From Octopus vulgaris (taxonomy: Eukaryota), in the NCBI GenBank assembly GCA_951406725.2, contig OX597827.1, positions 46,810,001 to 46,874,000 on the forward strand: DNA of 64,000 nucleotides. The letters run 5' to 3'. Both the position numbers and the translations under genes were made by a program. Positions 42,852 to 56,358 of this stretch are shown in pieces (position 1 is the stretch's first letter; each line of letters begins with the position of its first letter). The notes beneath the pieces are model-generated. The model saw only the letters and a program-made list of their open reading frames with translations. It had not been told where the DNA came from and ran no database searches.

Positions 42852-43249
42852 TATTTACATACATGTTTATGCATGAACATACATGCATATATATATTTTT
42901 ATATATAAGTATCTGTATACATATGTTTGCGCGCACGCGAACGAGTCTGTGTGTGTATACAAATATATATAGATATTTGTATGTATAGCTGCAAACAGGT
43001 AGGTATAAATGAACACTATTATAGAAAGAAACAGACGTAAAATATAAAAAAAATCATTAGAAATGCTAATCAAATGTTAAAATAGTATCAATGGGTTTGC
43101 AGAAAACACCCCAGAGGGTGTTCTTTCTGCTAGTCTTAATAATGCCAGTGATGATGATAAGGATAATGATGACGTCAACAACGAGAAACTGCTGCTAATG
43201 TTAATGTAGGCAACAGTGATGGTCGTGAGAATTATCATAATTTTAATAA

Positions 43250-44034
43250 TTTCTTTTATTGGCACAGGACCTAATATTTTGAAAGGGAGTCTAGTCGATC
43301 ACATCGACCCTAGCGCTCTACAGGTACTTATTTTATTGACACCTCAAAAGGATGAAAAGCAAAGTCGACCTCGGTGGAATTTAAATTCACTACGTAAAGA
43401 CGGACGAAATACCATTAAGCATTTTGTCTGGGGTGCAAATGATTTTTATTTCTTTATTGCTCACAAGGAGCGAAACATAGAGGGGACTAACAAGGACAAA
43501 CAAAGGGATTAAGTCGATTACATTGACCCTAGTACTTAATTTATCGACCCCGAAAGGATGAAAGGCAAAGTCGTCCTCGGCGGAATTTTGACTCAGATCG
43601 TAACGGCAGACGAAATACCTATTTCTTTACTACCCACAAGGGTCTAAAATCAGAGAGGACAAACAAGGACAGACAAAAGGATTAAGTTGATTACATCGAC
43701 CCCAGTGCGTAACTGGTACTTAATTTATCGACCCCGAAAGGATGAAAGGCAATGTCGACCTCGGCGGAATTTGAACTCAGAACGTGACGGCAGACGAGAT
43801 ACCTATTTCTTTACTACCCACAAGGGGGTAAACACAGAGGGGACAAACAATGACAGACAAACGGATTAAGTCGATTACATCGACCCCAGTGCGTAACTGG
43901 TACTTAATTTATCGACCCCGAAAGGATGAAGGCAAAGTCGACCTCGGCGGAATTTGAACTCAGAACGTAGCGGCAGATGAAATACGGCTACGCATTTCGC
44001 CCGGCGTGCTAACGATTCTGCCAGCTCGCCGCCT
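43250..44034 (-). mobile_element. Tandem array of four SINE family B units
   Basis: Units start at about 43250, 43447, 43620 and 43804; only the last has a complete head. Confidence 0.85.
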
Positions 44035-44359
44035 TTTTATGAGTATTTTTAATACTGATGATGGTGAAGTTTATTGCCGAGATGGTGGCACAACGCTAGA
44101 ACGTCGGAAAAGCTGTTTCGTATTTATCTCGCTGGTTGTTCTGATTTTTTTTCAAATCTTAATTCAAATCCCCACGAAGCCAATAAAATGACGTACTAGC
44201 TTCAAAATTGCTGGCCTTGTCCCTAATTTAGAAACAATTTTAATTATATCCGTTATGATTTGGAAAAAAGCAAAATAGTTCTTGTGGAAAATGACAACGG
44301 GTACATCATCAACGGGTACATCATCAACGAGTTAATGATGTTAATTACGATGCTGCTAC

Positions 44360-44403
<44 letters not shown>

Positions 44404-44691
44404 CCGATAACTATAACAACTACCACGATGATTGTAATCATGATAATGTCGACGATGGATGCTGCTGCTGCTACTGCTGCTGCTGATCATGGTGTCGACG
44501 ATTATGTTGATGATGATAGTGATGGAGATGATGGAGATGATGATAATGATAACATGACGAGGACGATGATGACAAAGAAGACGATGATGATGTCAATGAT
44601 GATGATTATGATGACCATAATGACAATATGGCGTTGTTATGAAAAACATGGTTCTGTTCGTTTGATTTTTAGTTAGTGATAATGATGATGC

Positions 44692-44725
<34 letters not shown>

Positions 44726-45023
44726 CAGCAGCAGCAGAGCGATGAGTACGAGTAAGAGGTGGGTGGAGTAAGAAGAAGGTCAGGGTAAGAGATGGAGATT
44801 TTTGACGGAAGTTTTGATGAATTGCGTCTGTTGCTAATTTCATTTCGTATAATTTCTCAAATATTTCTTGTAGAATTAGAAAAAAGAAAAAATGAAAGAA
44901 ATTTACTGAAATAATTGAACTGAAATTAAAAGATAAATCGAAAAGCAAAAAGCAAAAAGCAAAACCCAAACCAAATAGACAAATATGTAAAACATAAACA
45001 TACATACACGTTTATATGCTGAG

Positions 45024-45070
<47 letters not shown>

Positions 45071-45251
45071 TATATATATATATAAATATATTTATACATA
45101 CATATATATATTCATATATATATGTGTATATATATATGTATATATGTATATGTGTATATATATATATCTGTATATATATATATGCATATATGTATATAAT
45201 GTATATGTATGCCTTTCTCTATGTGTTATACATCGCTATCTCCTACATAAT

Positions 45252-45319
<68 letters not shown>

Positions 45320-45330
45320 TACACACACAT

Positions 45331-45370
<40 letters not shown>

Positions 45371-45827
45371 CCATGCACCCACACACATACATATACAGGC
45401 GTACACACTTTCCTACACACACACACACATACACACTCATCTATACGTGTGTTTGCAAAAATTAAAAGTTTGCTGTGTCACATAACTATTTATACCCTCA
45501 TGTTTAAATTTCGTGTCTGAAGTTATTAACTCGTCAACTTCATATTGGAAACTTGCTAATTAGTCGCCATTAATCATTTTGTTTTAAAGTATGTTGGCTT
45601 GGTATCAGATCCGTAGGGGGTGGCCAGGAGATGAAGTTGTCGGAGTTGACGTCATAACTACATAAATGTTAGGTTGTGTTACTGGTATTGCGCATGGTGT
45701 GTTTTTTTTCCTGTCCATACCACTATGAAAACAACGCCTCAATTCTGCATATGCTGAATTCTTCTTCTTCTTCTTCTTCTTCTTCTTCTTCTTCTTCTTC
45801 TTCTTCTTCTTCTTCTTCTTCTTCTTC

Positions 45828-45868
<41 letters not shown>

Positions 45869-45931
45869 CTTCTTCTTCTTCTTCTTCTTCTTCTTCTTCT
45901 TCTTCTCCTCATAATAATAATAATAACAATG

Positions 45932-45972
<41 letters not shown>

Positions 45973-46289
45973 GTAATAATGATGATGACGATGATGATGA
46001 CGATGATGACGACGATAATGATACAGTAGTGGTAGTAGTGGTCCTAATTTTAGTAGTAGCAACAACAATAATAATAATAAAAACAACAAATAAAACAGTA
46101 ATATTAAGAGAAAATAAACACCGTTTATTAGGAAGTCAAAAACAAAAACAAAAAATTAGTATTTTCTTCTTCTTCTTCTTCTTCTCGTCTTCCTCCGCCT
46201 CTTCCTCCATCACCTTCATCTTCTTCCGCATTGTTTACGCAGACATATTCATATACGAAAAATCGTAAGTGTCAGTGGTGGCTCCGAAT

Positions 46290-48500
46290 GCTATGCAAAA
46301 CATGTAGAGACAAACTTAAAAACAAAGCTATTATATGCTGCATAATTTAGTAGGGATGTTGTCTTGAGGTTTGGTTGCAACACATTTCCTCCAATCACAA
46401 GGATCTTTCTGAAGATTCTCATTGAATACAGGATTGCACTTTTATGCGGGTCGATAGTGCGACACCTAATTCCAGTACTCTTCAGACACTTAGGCAGCTG
46501 CTTCTGGTTCGTGCCCATTCCACTCTTCTGCTACTTTAAATGGACACAATTGGCTAACATCCCAATGCACTCTCTTACCGACACAGTCATGCCTGTACAT
46601 ATATTTTTATGCAAAAACTTACTGCAAACGTTGACGGGATGGTTAATACTTTCGTTTCTTTTTCCATAGATTCAGCATTTGCTGTATGATTTCTTTTTAT
46701 CAATCTTTGTCAAATTCGTTCTTATAGCTTGTTCATAAATGGCTGTAAATAGCAATTAGGTTTCTCTCGCTTCAGGTTTCCATCTGTCAGCCACTGCTAG
46801 CGTTCTTTACTTCCAACATCTTCGGTCAGTTACATGAGTTCAGTATGAAATTCAATTATTATTTCATTTCACTTCTCAGAGCTCTCAATTTCATTTACTC
46901 CGGCTAATTCTGTAAGAGCGGACAATAACCTGTTGTCAAGGCTCTCACATGGTCTCTTTCTACGATACTTAACACCCAAGTACCAATCTCAAAATTCTCG
47001 CTCTCCCCAATAAAGAGGTTTTCTGAGCTTGTTCAACCCTTATGTCAATCCCAATATCTCCAAGAAATTTCTTTGTTATTAATAGTCCTACTACTCCCAC
47101 AACTACTTGGATGACAGTTCTTTTCTTCATTCATGCAATCTCACCTTTTAGAAGTTTGTACTTATCAGTCTTTTTCATTTCTTTCTCATTCACTTGTACA
47201 TCCCTAGGTATGGCAATGTCTATGATCTTGGTTTCCTTCATCATTTTGTCGACTACAACAATATCTGGCTTCCGAACATCAATCGCTGAATCACACTCGA
47301 TTGTAAAATCATCAGAGATCTTATACTCATTATTCTCGGTGACACCTTCTGGATTATGTTCATACCATTTCAATGTCCTTTCTACACTGTATTTCTCACA
47401 TGGTCTCCAATGAACATACTTGACTACGATATCAAGCCTTTTTTACCTCTTTTTGTATTCTTTTTGAGCCAAATTTCTACTCTCGGTCACAATATGTGAA
47501 ACTGTTTCATATTTGCTGTCACACATTATACAAAAAGGCTATTATCTTTTTGGAACTTCGTGTAACTAGTTCTCAGAGCTTGTTCCTGAACGCTGCATAT
47601 CAATACTTCAACGCATACTTTCAGATAATTTTTCCTTACCCATCTCCAGGCAATGGTCTTCTCTTTCCTTTCCATTTTTCTGAGACATTGCCCATGTCGC
47701 TTTCATTTTCCAGTTTGTTCTCCATCTTGTTTTTTTAAATGCTTTTGGGTGTATTGCATTTTCACTTCATATCGTGTTGCCATTTCTAACAGCAACAACC
47801 AAAGTTTCAGTCTGCTGTTTGACGTACCATCCCAGACTGTTTTCCCTATTGGCAACAAAGATCTTGTATCCTATGAGACCGCTTCATCCTTTGTTTCTAG
47901 GCACATACAGTCTACCGAGATCGCTTTAAGGGTGCAGTTCCTTGATAATTGTCATCCCTTTCCTGGTTTTTCTATCCATTTCCCCAAGCTCGTTCTTTGT
48001 CCATCTAACAATATGTGTACCATATCACATTAAGGAGATAGCCCATGTATCCATTGCCCTGATCTTGTTCTTTCCATTGAGTCTACTTTCCATAATTAAT
48101 TCGGTTCTACTAAGGTGTTCTCACCTAAAGATATCCTTCAACTCATTCTCCTTAATTTTGTTGTACTACAAAATACCCAGCTACTTATATCCGTCCAACA
48201 CATTCTCATGCCGTTGGGTAGTTCTGCAACATCAAATGATAATGTTTTACTTTTTTAATGATAAGCATGCTACACATTTTAATACCAAATTCTATTCCGA
48301 TATCCTTACTGAATATCTGTACTATTGAAACCTGACTAATTATTTCACATTCACTCTCTTCGAAGTCATCCATTTTTTAAGATGTACCCCGATGTCACTT
48401 ACCTAATATCTGCACGAGGAGTACCATACAAATCACAGAGAGCAATGTGAAGTGTGCCTCCCTTGGTATTAACCTTCGCCAGAAAGTCACCCCATGATGT
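46290..48500 (-). pseudogene. Degenerate R4/Dong-like fragments (RT, CCHC, RLE), probably two elements
   Basis: KWYEHNPEGVTEN...RKPDIVVVDK...IIDIAIP...EKEMKK.DKY (47131-47373); KSAILYSMRIFRKIL (46291-46518). Confidence 0.7.
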
Positions 48501-48593
48501 TAACTCTCTATTCCAGTTCTTCATTGATCTGACAAAATGTAAAATGTTCTTAGAAACCTTTACCAACTAAAGACTTTCTAAAACTCAGTAAGT

Positions 48594-49060
48594 CTTCCTC
48601 TGCAGTGCACTTTCCAGGAAGTCATACCCTCCTTCCCTTCCTCGGATCTTTCCAGGATTACCTCCCCTTCTTCCCCTCCTCCCCTCCTCGGAACCTTCCA
48701 GGAAATTACCCCCATCATACAGCCCCTCCTCGGGACTTTCCAGGAAGTCTGCCCCTTCCCTCCCTCGGAATTTTCCAGGATGTCCCTTCTGCCTCCACTT
48801 CCGCGGAACTTTCCAGGAAGTCCTTCCCTCCTCGGATCTTTCCAGGTTATCTTGTCCCTGATCTCTGACTTTTCCAGGTAATCTCGTTACCAACATCGGA
48901 ACTTTCCAGGAACTCCTTCCTCCACCTAGGATCTTTCCAGCAAGTCCTCCTCTGCACTGCACTTTCCAGGAAGTCTTACCCTCCTCCCCTCCTCGGAACT
49001 TTCCCGGAAGTCCTTCCCTTCCCCATAAGTTTCCAGGAAGTCATCTCCTCCTCCTTTCTT
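48594..49060. repeat. GC-rich imperfect minisatellite (~30-bp unit, core ctttccaggaagtc...cctcctcgga)
   Basis: ttccagg recurs about 12 times at roughly 30-35 bp spacing. Confidence 0.85.
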
Positions 49061-49079
49061 GATCTTACACCATTTCCAG

Positions 49080-50080
49080 AGATTAGCTCATTTAATATTG
49101 ATATCTCCCTTCGCAATAATTCTATCTCAATTTCAATTCTACTCCTCCAGTTTGATTTTCTTTTCGAATTTGGTATTGCTGGCTTTTTGGGTGTTAAACA
49201 GCGTCTTTCGATTACCTGAGCAACAGAGTAAATAATTTCATTTAACTAAATTAATATCGGGTTTTAGTTGATGTCTGATTTCTTGTGTAACGCAGTTGCC
49301 AATTTTTATTTGTGTTTCATGTTGGTGTGCATTTGAGAGTTTATGGAGTGGTTCCCTATCATTCATATTTGTATGCCCTACAACAGCAAGCTCATTCAGA
49401 ACTTCCTGCTTCATTTCAATGATAGATTTTCTGTGTTGTCCAGCAAATATGTGGTTTTCAAATTCTGTTTCGATATCATTTTCCTGGCTGTTTTTTCTAG
49501 GGTCATTATATTTTTCTTTTTCTTCAGGCTCTTGAGTGGTTTCGGCAGATGGTCGCCATTCAGTCAATGCTTGTGGTCCAATATTCCTCTCCTCTGCTTC
49601 GTTATTTCTTTCCTGACTTATATTTAGGTCATTCTCTATCACTGTTTTAATAGAGATTAATTCTGCATCTGTGAGTCTGGTATTTCTTAAGATATCTCTT
49701 CTAACATTTGTTAATCTGTTTTCATCCAGTTTTGGTCTGCTAGCTGGATGCCGACTCCTCCAAATTCTGTAGGAGTTTGTGGCGTGTATTACTTCTTTAT
49801 ATTCTTCCCGGTTACATGTAGTCCTTTTACATTTTTGATTTTCTGGTCGTTGTGGTGGTAAACTTCGAGGGTTTAATATGGGACAAATCCCGTTTAAGTG
49901 ACCTTCCAGGTTCGTATTCGGGGAAGATATTCTGCCATTTGGGGAAGATATTCTGCCATTTAGGGAAGATATTCTGCCATTCGGGGAAGATATTCTGCCA
50001 TTTGGGGAAGATATTCTACCATTCGGTGTACTATTTGAAATTTTCTTTTCAAGTAAAGTTAAATTATTATTTAATTTAAA
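49080..50080 (-). pseudogene. N-terminal region of an R4/Dong-like ORF
   Basis: Frame open from 50080 to 49238: NREEYKEVIHA...WRSRHP...DENRLTNVRRDILRNTRLTDAEL; then NWRSRIEIEIELLRREIS. Confidence 0.65.
49916..50026. repeat. 21-bp tandem repeat x5 (att(c/t)ggggaagatattctgcc)
   Basis: Directly visible. Confidence 0.95.
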
Positions 50081-50899
50081 TTAAAAAAAAATATTTATCT
50101 ATTTATTTATTTATTTTGAACCATTAATCTTCAGACAGGGGCCGCATTTATCATGATTATCAGCAGCAGTAGTTGTATTAGCAGAAGCAATATCATTATC
50201 AGCAGCAGCGGCAATGGTAATAGCAGTAGTAGTGGAAGGAGCAACAGTAGGAGTACCAGTAGCAGCAGCAGTAGCAGTAATAGTAGTGGCAGCAGCAGCA
50301 GCAATAGTAGTAGTAGTGGCAGCAGCAGCAGTGGTATTATTATTATTATTATCATCATCATCATCATCATCATCATCATTATTATTATTATTATTATTAT
50401 TGAGTGATAGAGCAGCGCATGCCATCAAAGTGACACTGGGGTAAAATATACGAAGCCCAATATACCCATCATGACTACCCATCTGATACGGGTACACCAG
50501 GCACATGCATCACAACCACATGTGTGCGACATTGTGATCTCATATCAAGATAAACAGCGCATAACCTTCCAGGTGGGGCTCAGTTAGAATTTTCTTCACA
50601 TTGAGTAGCCCATCCTGCTCAAACGGTCCTTGAATAAGGGTTGTTTAAGGATGTTGAACAAAATACCCATGATTCCAGAAGTGAATTATTCAAACCTCAG
50701 AGAGTTCTCCTTAACACATGGCTATGATGCTCCCCCACTACTTCTGCTCGTGATCAGAGATGCACATATTGTCAGCCACTAAGGGACATGCTTAACTGGT
50801 TAAGGTCAAACAACTGACAAGCAAATCTGTGGTATTGAGCAGAATATTTGCTGTAGCCCATCTTTTGTACCAAGACAACTATTATTATTATTATTATTA

Positions 50900-50967
<68 letters not shown>

Positions 50968-51196
50968 GGTGCAAAATCCTCTGTTTTTTCATTCTGTCTT
51001 TTCAAGCGTGACTGTGGTCAGAGCACTTACATTTACACTATTGTGTAAATGTTTGTGGGCTAGAGTCAGCTTCGAAGTGGGGGGCAACCTGATGAACGAT
51101 CTCAGGTTACTGGGCTAGATTTTCCATCCAAATTCACGCACACAAAGATCTAACAAAGTCAATACAAAGACAACACACACATACACACACACACTA

Positions 51197-51348
51197 CGGG
51201 CTTCTTAACAGTTTCCGTCAACCAAACTCACTCACAAGGCACTGGTTGGTCTGGTGCTGTAGTAGAAGATACTTGCCCAAGGTGCTGCTGAGTAGAATTG
51301 AACCAGAAACTAAACGGCTACAAAGAGAACTTCTTATCTACACAACAG
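51197..51348 (-). mobile_element. SINE family A 5' half, diverged
   Basis: gtttccgtc...ctcacaaggc...agaagatacttgcccaagg. Confidence 0.65.
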
Positions 51349-52018
51349 CATTTATGCGAAAGTTTTCAAGTTTTTATTTTAGTACAGGGTTATCTCCCCA
51401 TAACAATCATCACAAAGTGGGAACGCGGAGGAGGAACGGAAAAAAGAAATTGAAATCCACCAATTAATTCACTTTTCATAATTAAAGCAAAATTTGTATT
51501 TTTTAAAAAATAATTTCATATAATTAATCAAAAAAGAAAATTTTTAAATACACTGTGTTATTTAAAATTACAAGGAAAACTAATTATATTTCTACAGTGT
51601 GGCGTCGTTAATTTGCAGACTTCCTTAATGAAATTAGCTGCTAATGAAGTGAGAGATACACGCGAGTTTTTTTGGTTTTTATTTCTCTCATTCATAACAA
51701 GTGAGACTATCAAGGGAGAAAACTTTGAACTAATCAGTATAAGACAGATATTGAGCCTCTAGACCGTCACTCGAGCTGAGAGAAATAACCAACAAAATTC
51801 CACCCCTTACCACTAATCACACATGCTACTGTCTTAGAAATGAAAAACACATTGGATAGTGTAGCCATAGATATACAATATCGATCGATATGGGTACAGA
51901 TAAAAAGTCTTTAACCATAGGTTTGGTGACTCAGTTCTTTCTTCACACATTCTGTGACCTCTTCAATGACTTTCTGACTTTCGTGTCTCTCTGGTCTTGT
52001 TTTGCCTATTACAATCTC

Positions 52019-52092
<74 letters not shown>

Positions 52093-52114
52093 CAAACAAA
52101 CACACACACACACA

Positions 52115-52200
<86 letters not shown>

Positions 52201-52391
52201 GGGCACAGGCGTTGAGTAAACTCAACATCAGAAAGTGTGAATTAATTTTCACCGACATTGAGACCCTCTTTATAAGAAAATCCAACTTTTATTATTTTCG
52301 ATTAATTCTCTTTGTATTTTACCCAATGGAAACTTGTTTGATTTTCAGCAGCTTGTAGATTCACTCTGCATAATATGATACTGAGGTACTT

Positions 52392-52422
<31 letters not shown>

Positions 52423-52596
52423 TGCACACGCGCACAAAATCTTAGAAACGCCGGGATTCTCCAATATAGAATACGGAACCGAACTGATTCGCATTGTCTC
52501 TAAGACATTCCAAGGATTCTCTATTTAAGGACCCTGTCTGTATGAGTATGTATGTGTGTATGTATGAAAATATATATAAATATATGTGATATGGAA

Positions 52597-52826
52597 GGCG
52601 GCGAGCTGGCAGAAACGTTAGCGCGCCGGGCGAAATACGAAGCCGTATTTCGCCTGCCGTTACGTTCTGAGTTCAAATTTCGCCGTGGTTGACTTTGCCT
52701 TTCATCCTTTCGGGGTCGATAAATTAAGTACCAGTTACGCACTGGGGTCGATGGAATCGACTTAATCCCTTTGTCTGTCCTTGTTTGTCCCCTCTGTGTT
52801 TAGCCCCTTGTGGGTAGTAAAGAAAT
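52597..52826 (+). mobile_element. SINE family B, full length
   Basis: ggcggcgagctggcagaaacgttagc...gagttcaaatt...gcctttcatcctttcggggtcgataaattaagtaccag...gtgggtagtaaagaaat. Confidence 0.9.
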
Positions 52827-53363
52827 ATATATGTGTATAGGAAAGGAAAACTATAAGGCAGAATGCTAAATTGAAAGTAAATTTTAATAAAAATCGGTGT
52901 AAGAAGAATTAAAAAATAAAAATAATAAATCAAACCGGTTTTCATTGCAAGGCAAATTTTCAATATTTAGAAGGGGAAAAAATTGTGTTTTTTTAAATTG
53001 AGGAAGGGGAAAAAGAAATTTACAATGTTTTTTCAAAAAAATAATAATACATATATACAAAAATTAATAAATAAGTATACCAATACATTGTAGAGTCTTT
53101 ATGCTTTTAGAGTTCAATAATAGTCCTTGGAAAAACTTCTTTGGAGGAATAGGATGCATGTGTTTTAAATGTAGTGTATATTTTGAAAAAGAGGGTGATT
53201 GTGTGTCAAAACAGGAAATGGGGTAGGAGTTATCCAGTTCCTGTGAGTAAGGGGAGACAATTCTGTGGATTTTATGCTCTTTAATTAGAATGGTGGATTT
53301 TTTGTCAAACAGAATGCTTATATCAATTTTTTGTCAGATAGGATGCTAGAAAAAGGTGTATGG

Positions 53364-53960
53364 TCACCGTGGAGTTTGCATATTAAGACGCGTTTGGAAT
53401 TTTTCAATAAAAAGTTTCTCCTTGTTGATTCTTTCTGGTGTAGAGATTCTGTCTTTACATTGGTAGAAAGGGAATATGTGAAATTTGGGATTTCTATCTC
53501 TAGCGCAAGAGTCTATGTGGATTTGATCATTCAACCTTTCATCGATACTAGCGCTAGAAGAAAAACGACCATCTTTGGTTTCAAGAGAAAAGGTGTTCTT
53601 CAATCAGGATAATGCTCGGCCACATACAGCGAAGATGACATTCCAAAGGCTGGAGCAGTTTGAATGGGAAACGATCCTCCACTCACCATATTTGCCGGAC
53701 GTTGCTCTATCTGATTGGCATTTATTCCACAGTCTTCAAAATCCTTTGGATGGAAAAAATATGAATTCTGAAGACGAGATCAGCCTGGAGTTGCTGATAG
53801 AATATTTGTCAATAAGGTGGATGGCTATCCATTGGATGTGGTTTAGAATGTGTATCTGTGGACGAATACCATTTGTTCTGTTCCAGATATATGAACAGGA
53901 TTTCGACAATGTGCAAAAAGTGAGAATGGAATCGGCTCGACTAGGAATAGAACGCATGTC
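53364..53960 (-). pseudogene. Degenerate Penelope-like remnant, interrupted by a mariner fragment
   Basis: FHIFPFYQ...ERINKEKLFIEKFQTRLN matches the end of the 25939-26388 peptide (YIIFPFYK...EKNFIDKFEPKLN). Confidence 0.6.
53548..53782 (+). pseudogene. Mariner (DD34D) transposase fragment
   Basis: QDNARPHTAK...FEWETILHSPYLPDVALSDWHLFHSLQN, the canonical HDNARPH / YSPDLAPSDYHLF motifs. Confidence 0.88.
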
Positions 53961-54315
53961 GCCTATTCACCACATTGAAATCTTATCAGGCTTTATAGTA
54001 TCATAACTCCAAGAAGTTGTTTTCTTAAAAGTGAGACAATTTCTAAAAAAAATTTTATGTATGTAATACTATAATTTTTTTCTGGATTATGTTATAAGAT
54101 ACACACATACACACATAGGTAAATAAACACATACATAAATACATAACGCATTATTACATACATACTTACATACATACATATATACATACACACATATATA
54201 CATATATTACTCAAATCTGTATGCTTATATATCTACACAGGTGCATAAGTACAAGCATGCATACATATATCATTTATATATACGTACACATATATGTATA
54301 CAAACATACATACAT

Positions 54316-54365
<50 letters not shown>

Positions 54366-54689
54366 TCATGTGTGCATATGTAAACATACATATTACATAG
54401 CTGTACCAGAGCGTACATAGATGATTGCTTGGATGGATGTATTTCTTGTATCGATGTTTAGTCGAGGAAGCTTTTTAAATCTTAAAGATTTGCAAATAAG
54501 GACACCCATGATGATATTGCGCAGATAACAATGTTAAGAGGGAAATTGAATTACATTCACCGGTCTGCTTCTGCTAAAGTTGGGTATAGAATTTCGTTTG
54601 CCAATGGAAATAATGTTTGCTCATCAAAAGAGAATTTGTAAACTCTAAGGTGTTAGATAGAGAACTTGCGAAACAGCAACAACAACTAT

Positions 54690-55606
<917 letters not shown>

Positions 55607-56173
55607 CTGGTGTTTAATTGGATGACTATTTACATGTTTACCCAACGACTTTATCTTCCAAGATACGTGTTTGCTTTCCATTCTGTGGTTTCCCTTCTTT
55701 CTTCTTCGTTCCTTTACGTACATGTTCGTCCTTTTTCGTTGTCTCGTTATTCTACCACTGCTTTTTTCTCTCTCAGTGTCTCAATCTTTCTTTCTTTCTA
55801 TCTTTCTTCCAGTCTTCTTTAACCCCGTTTGTTTGTTTGTTTGTTTGTTTGTTTATCAAGGTCCATAGCTTTATATAACCTCGTTATCTTGTAACTTTCA
55901 ACCTGTTCAGGTTTTATTTTATTTATTCTTGTTTTTTTTTAATGCTTTTATAATGCATTGCTCAAAAAGGAGAAAACTACACGATGGATTGAAAGCGAAT
56001 AAAAACAAAAACAAAAACAAAACTAAACTCAAAATACAGGTATGTGAAATAGAACAAATGGAGCCTAGTACTTATTTATTTTAACTTTCGTACTTACTAT
56101 ATCAAATTCCTTAGCCGAATCGCTAAGTCGCGGAGATGTAAACAAATCAACACTGGTTGTCGATATACATATA

Positions 56174-56324
56174 TGGCTGTGTGGTAGGAAGCTGGCATCC
56201 CAGCCACATGATTCCGAGTTCAGTCCCACTGCGTAGCACTTTCGGCAAGTGCCTTCTAGTATAGCCTTGGCTCGACCAAAGCATTGCGAGTGGATTTTAT
56301 AGACGGAAACTGAAAGAAGCTCGT

Positions 56325-56325
<1 letters not shown>
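56174..56325 (+). mobile_element. SINE family A 5' half
   Basis: tggctgtgtggtagg...gagttcagtcccactgcg...ggaaactgaaagaagc. Confidence 0.8.

Positions 56326-56358
<33 letters not shown>

Noticed and set aside
49916-50026. CRISPR-like appearance of the 21-bp repeats
   Set aside because: Repeats are contiguous with no spacers, there are no cas genes, and the context is eukaryotic.
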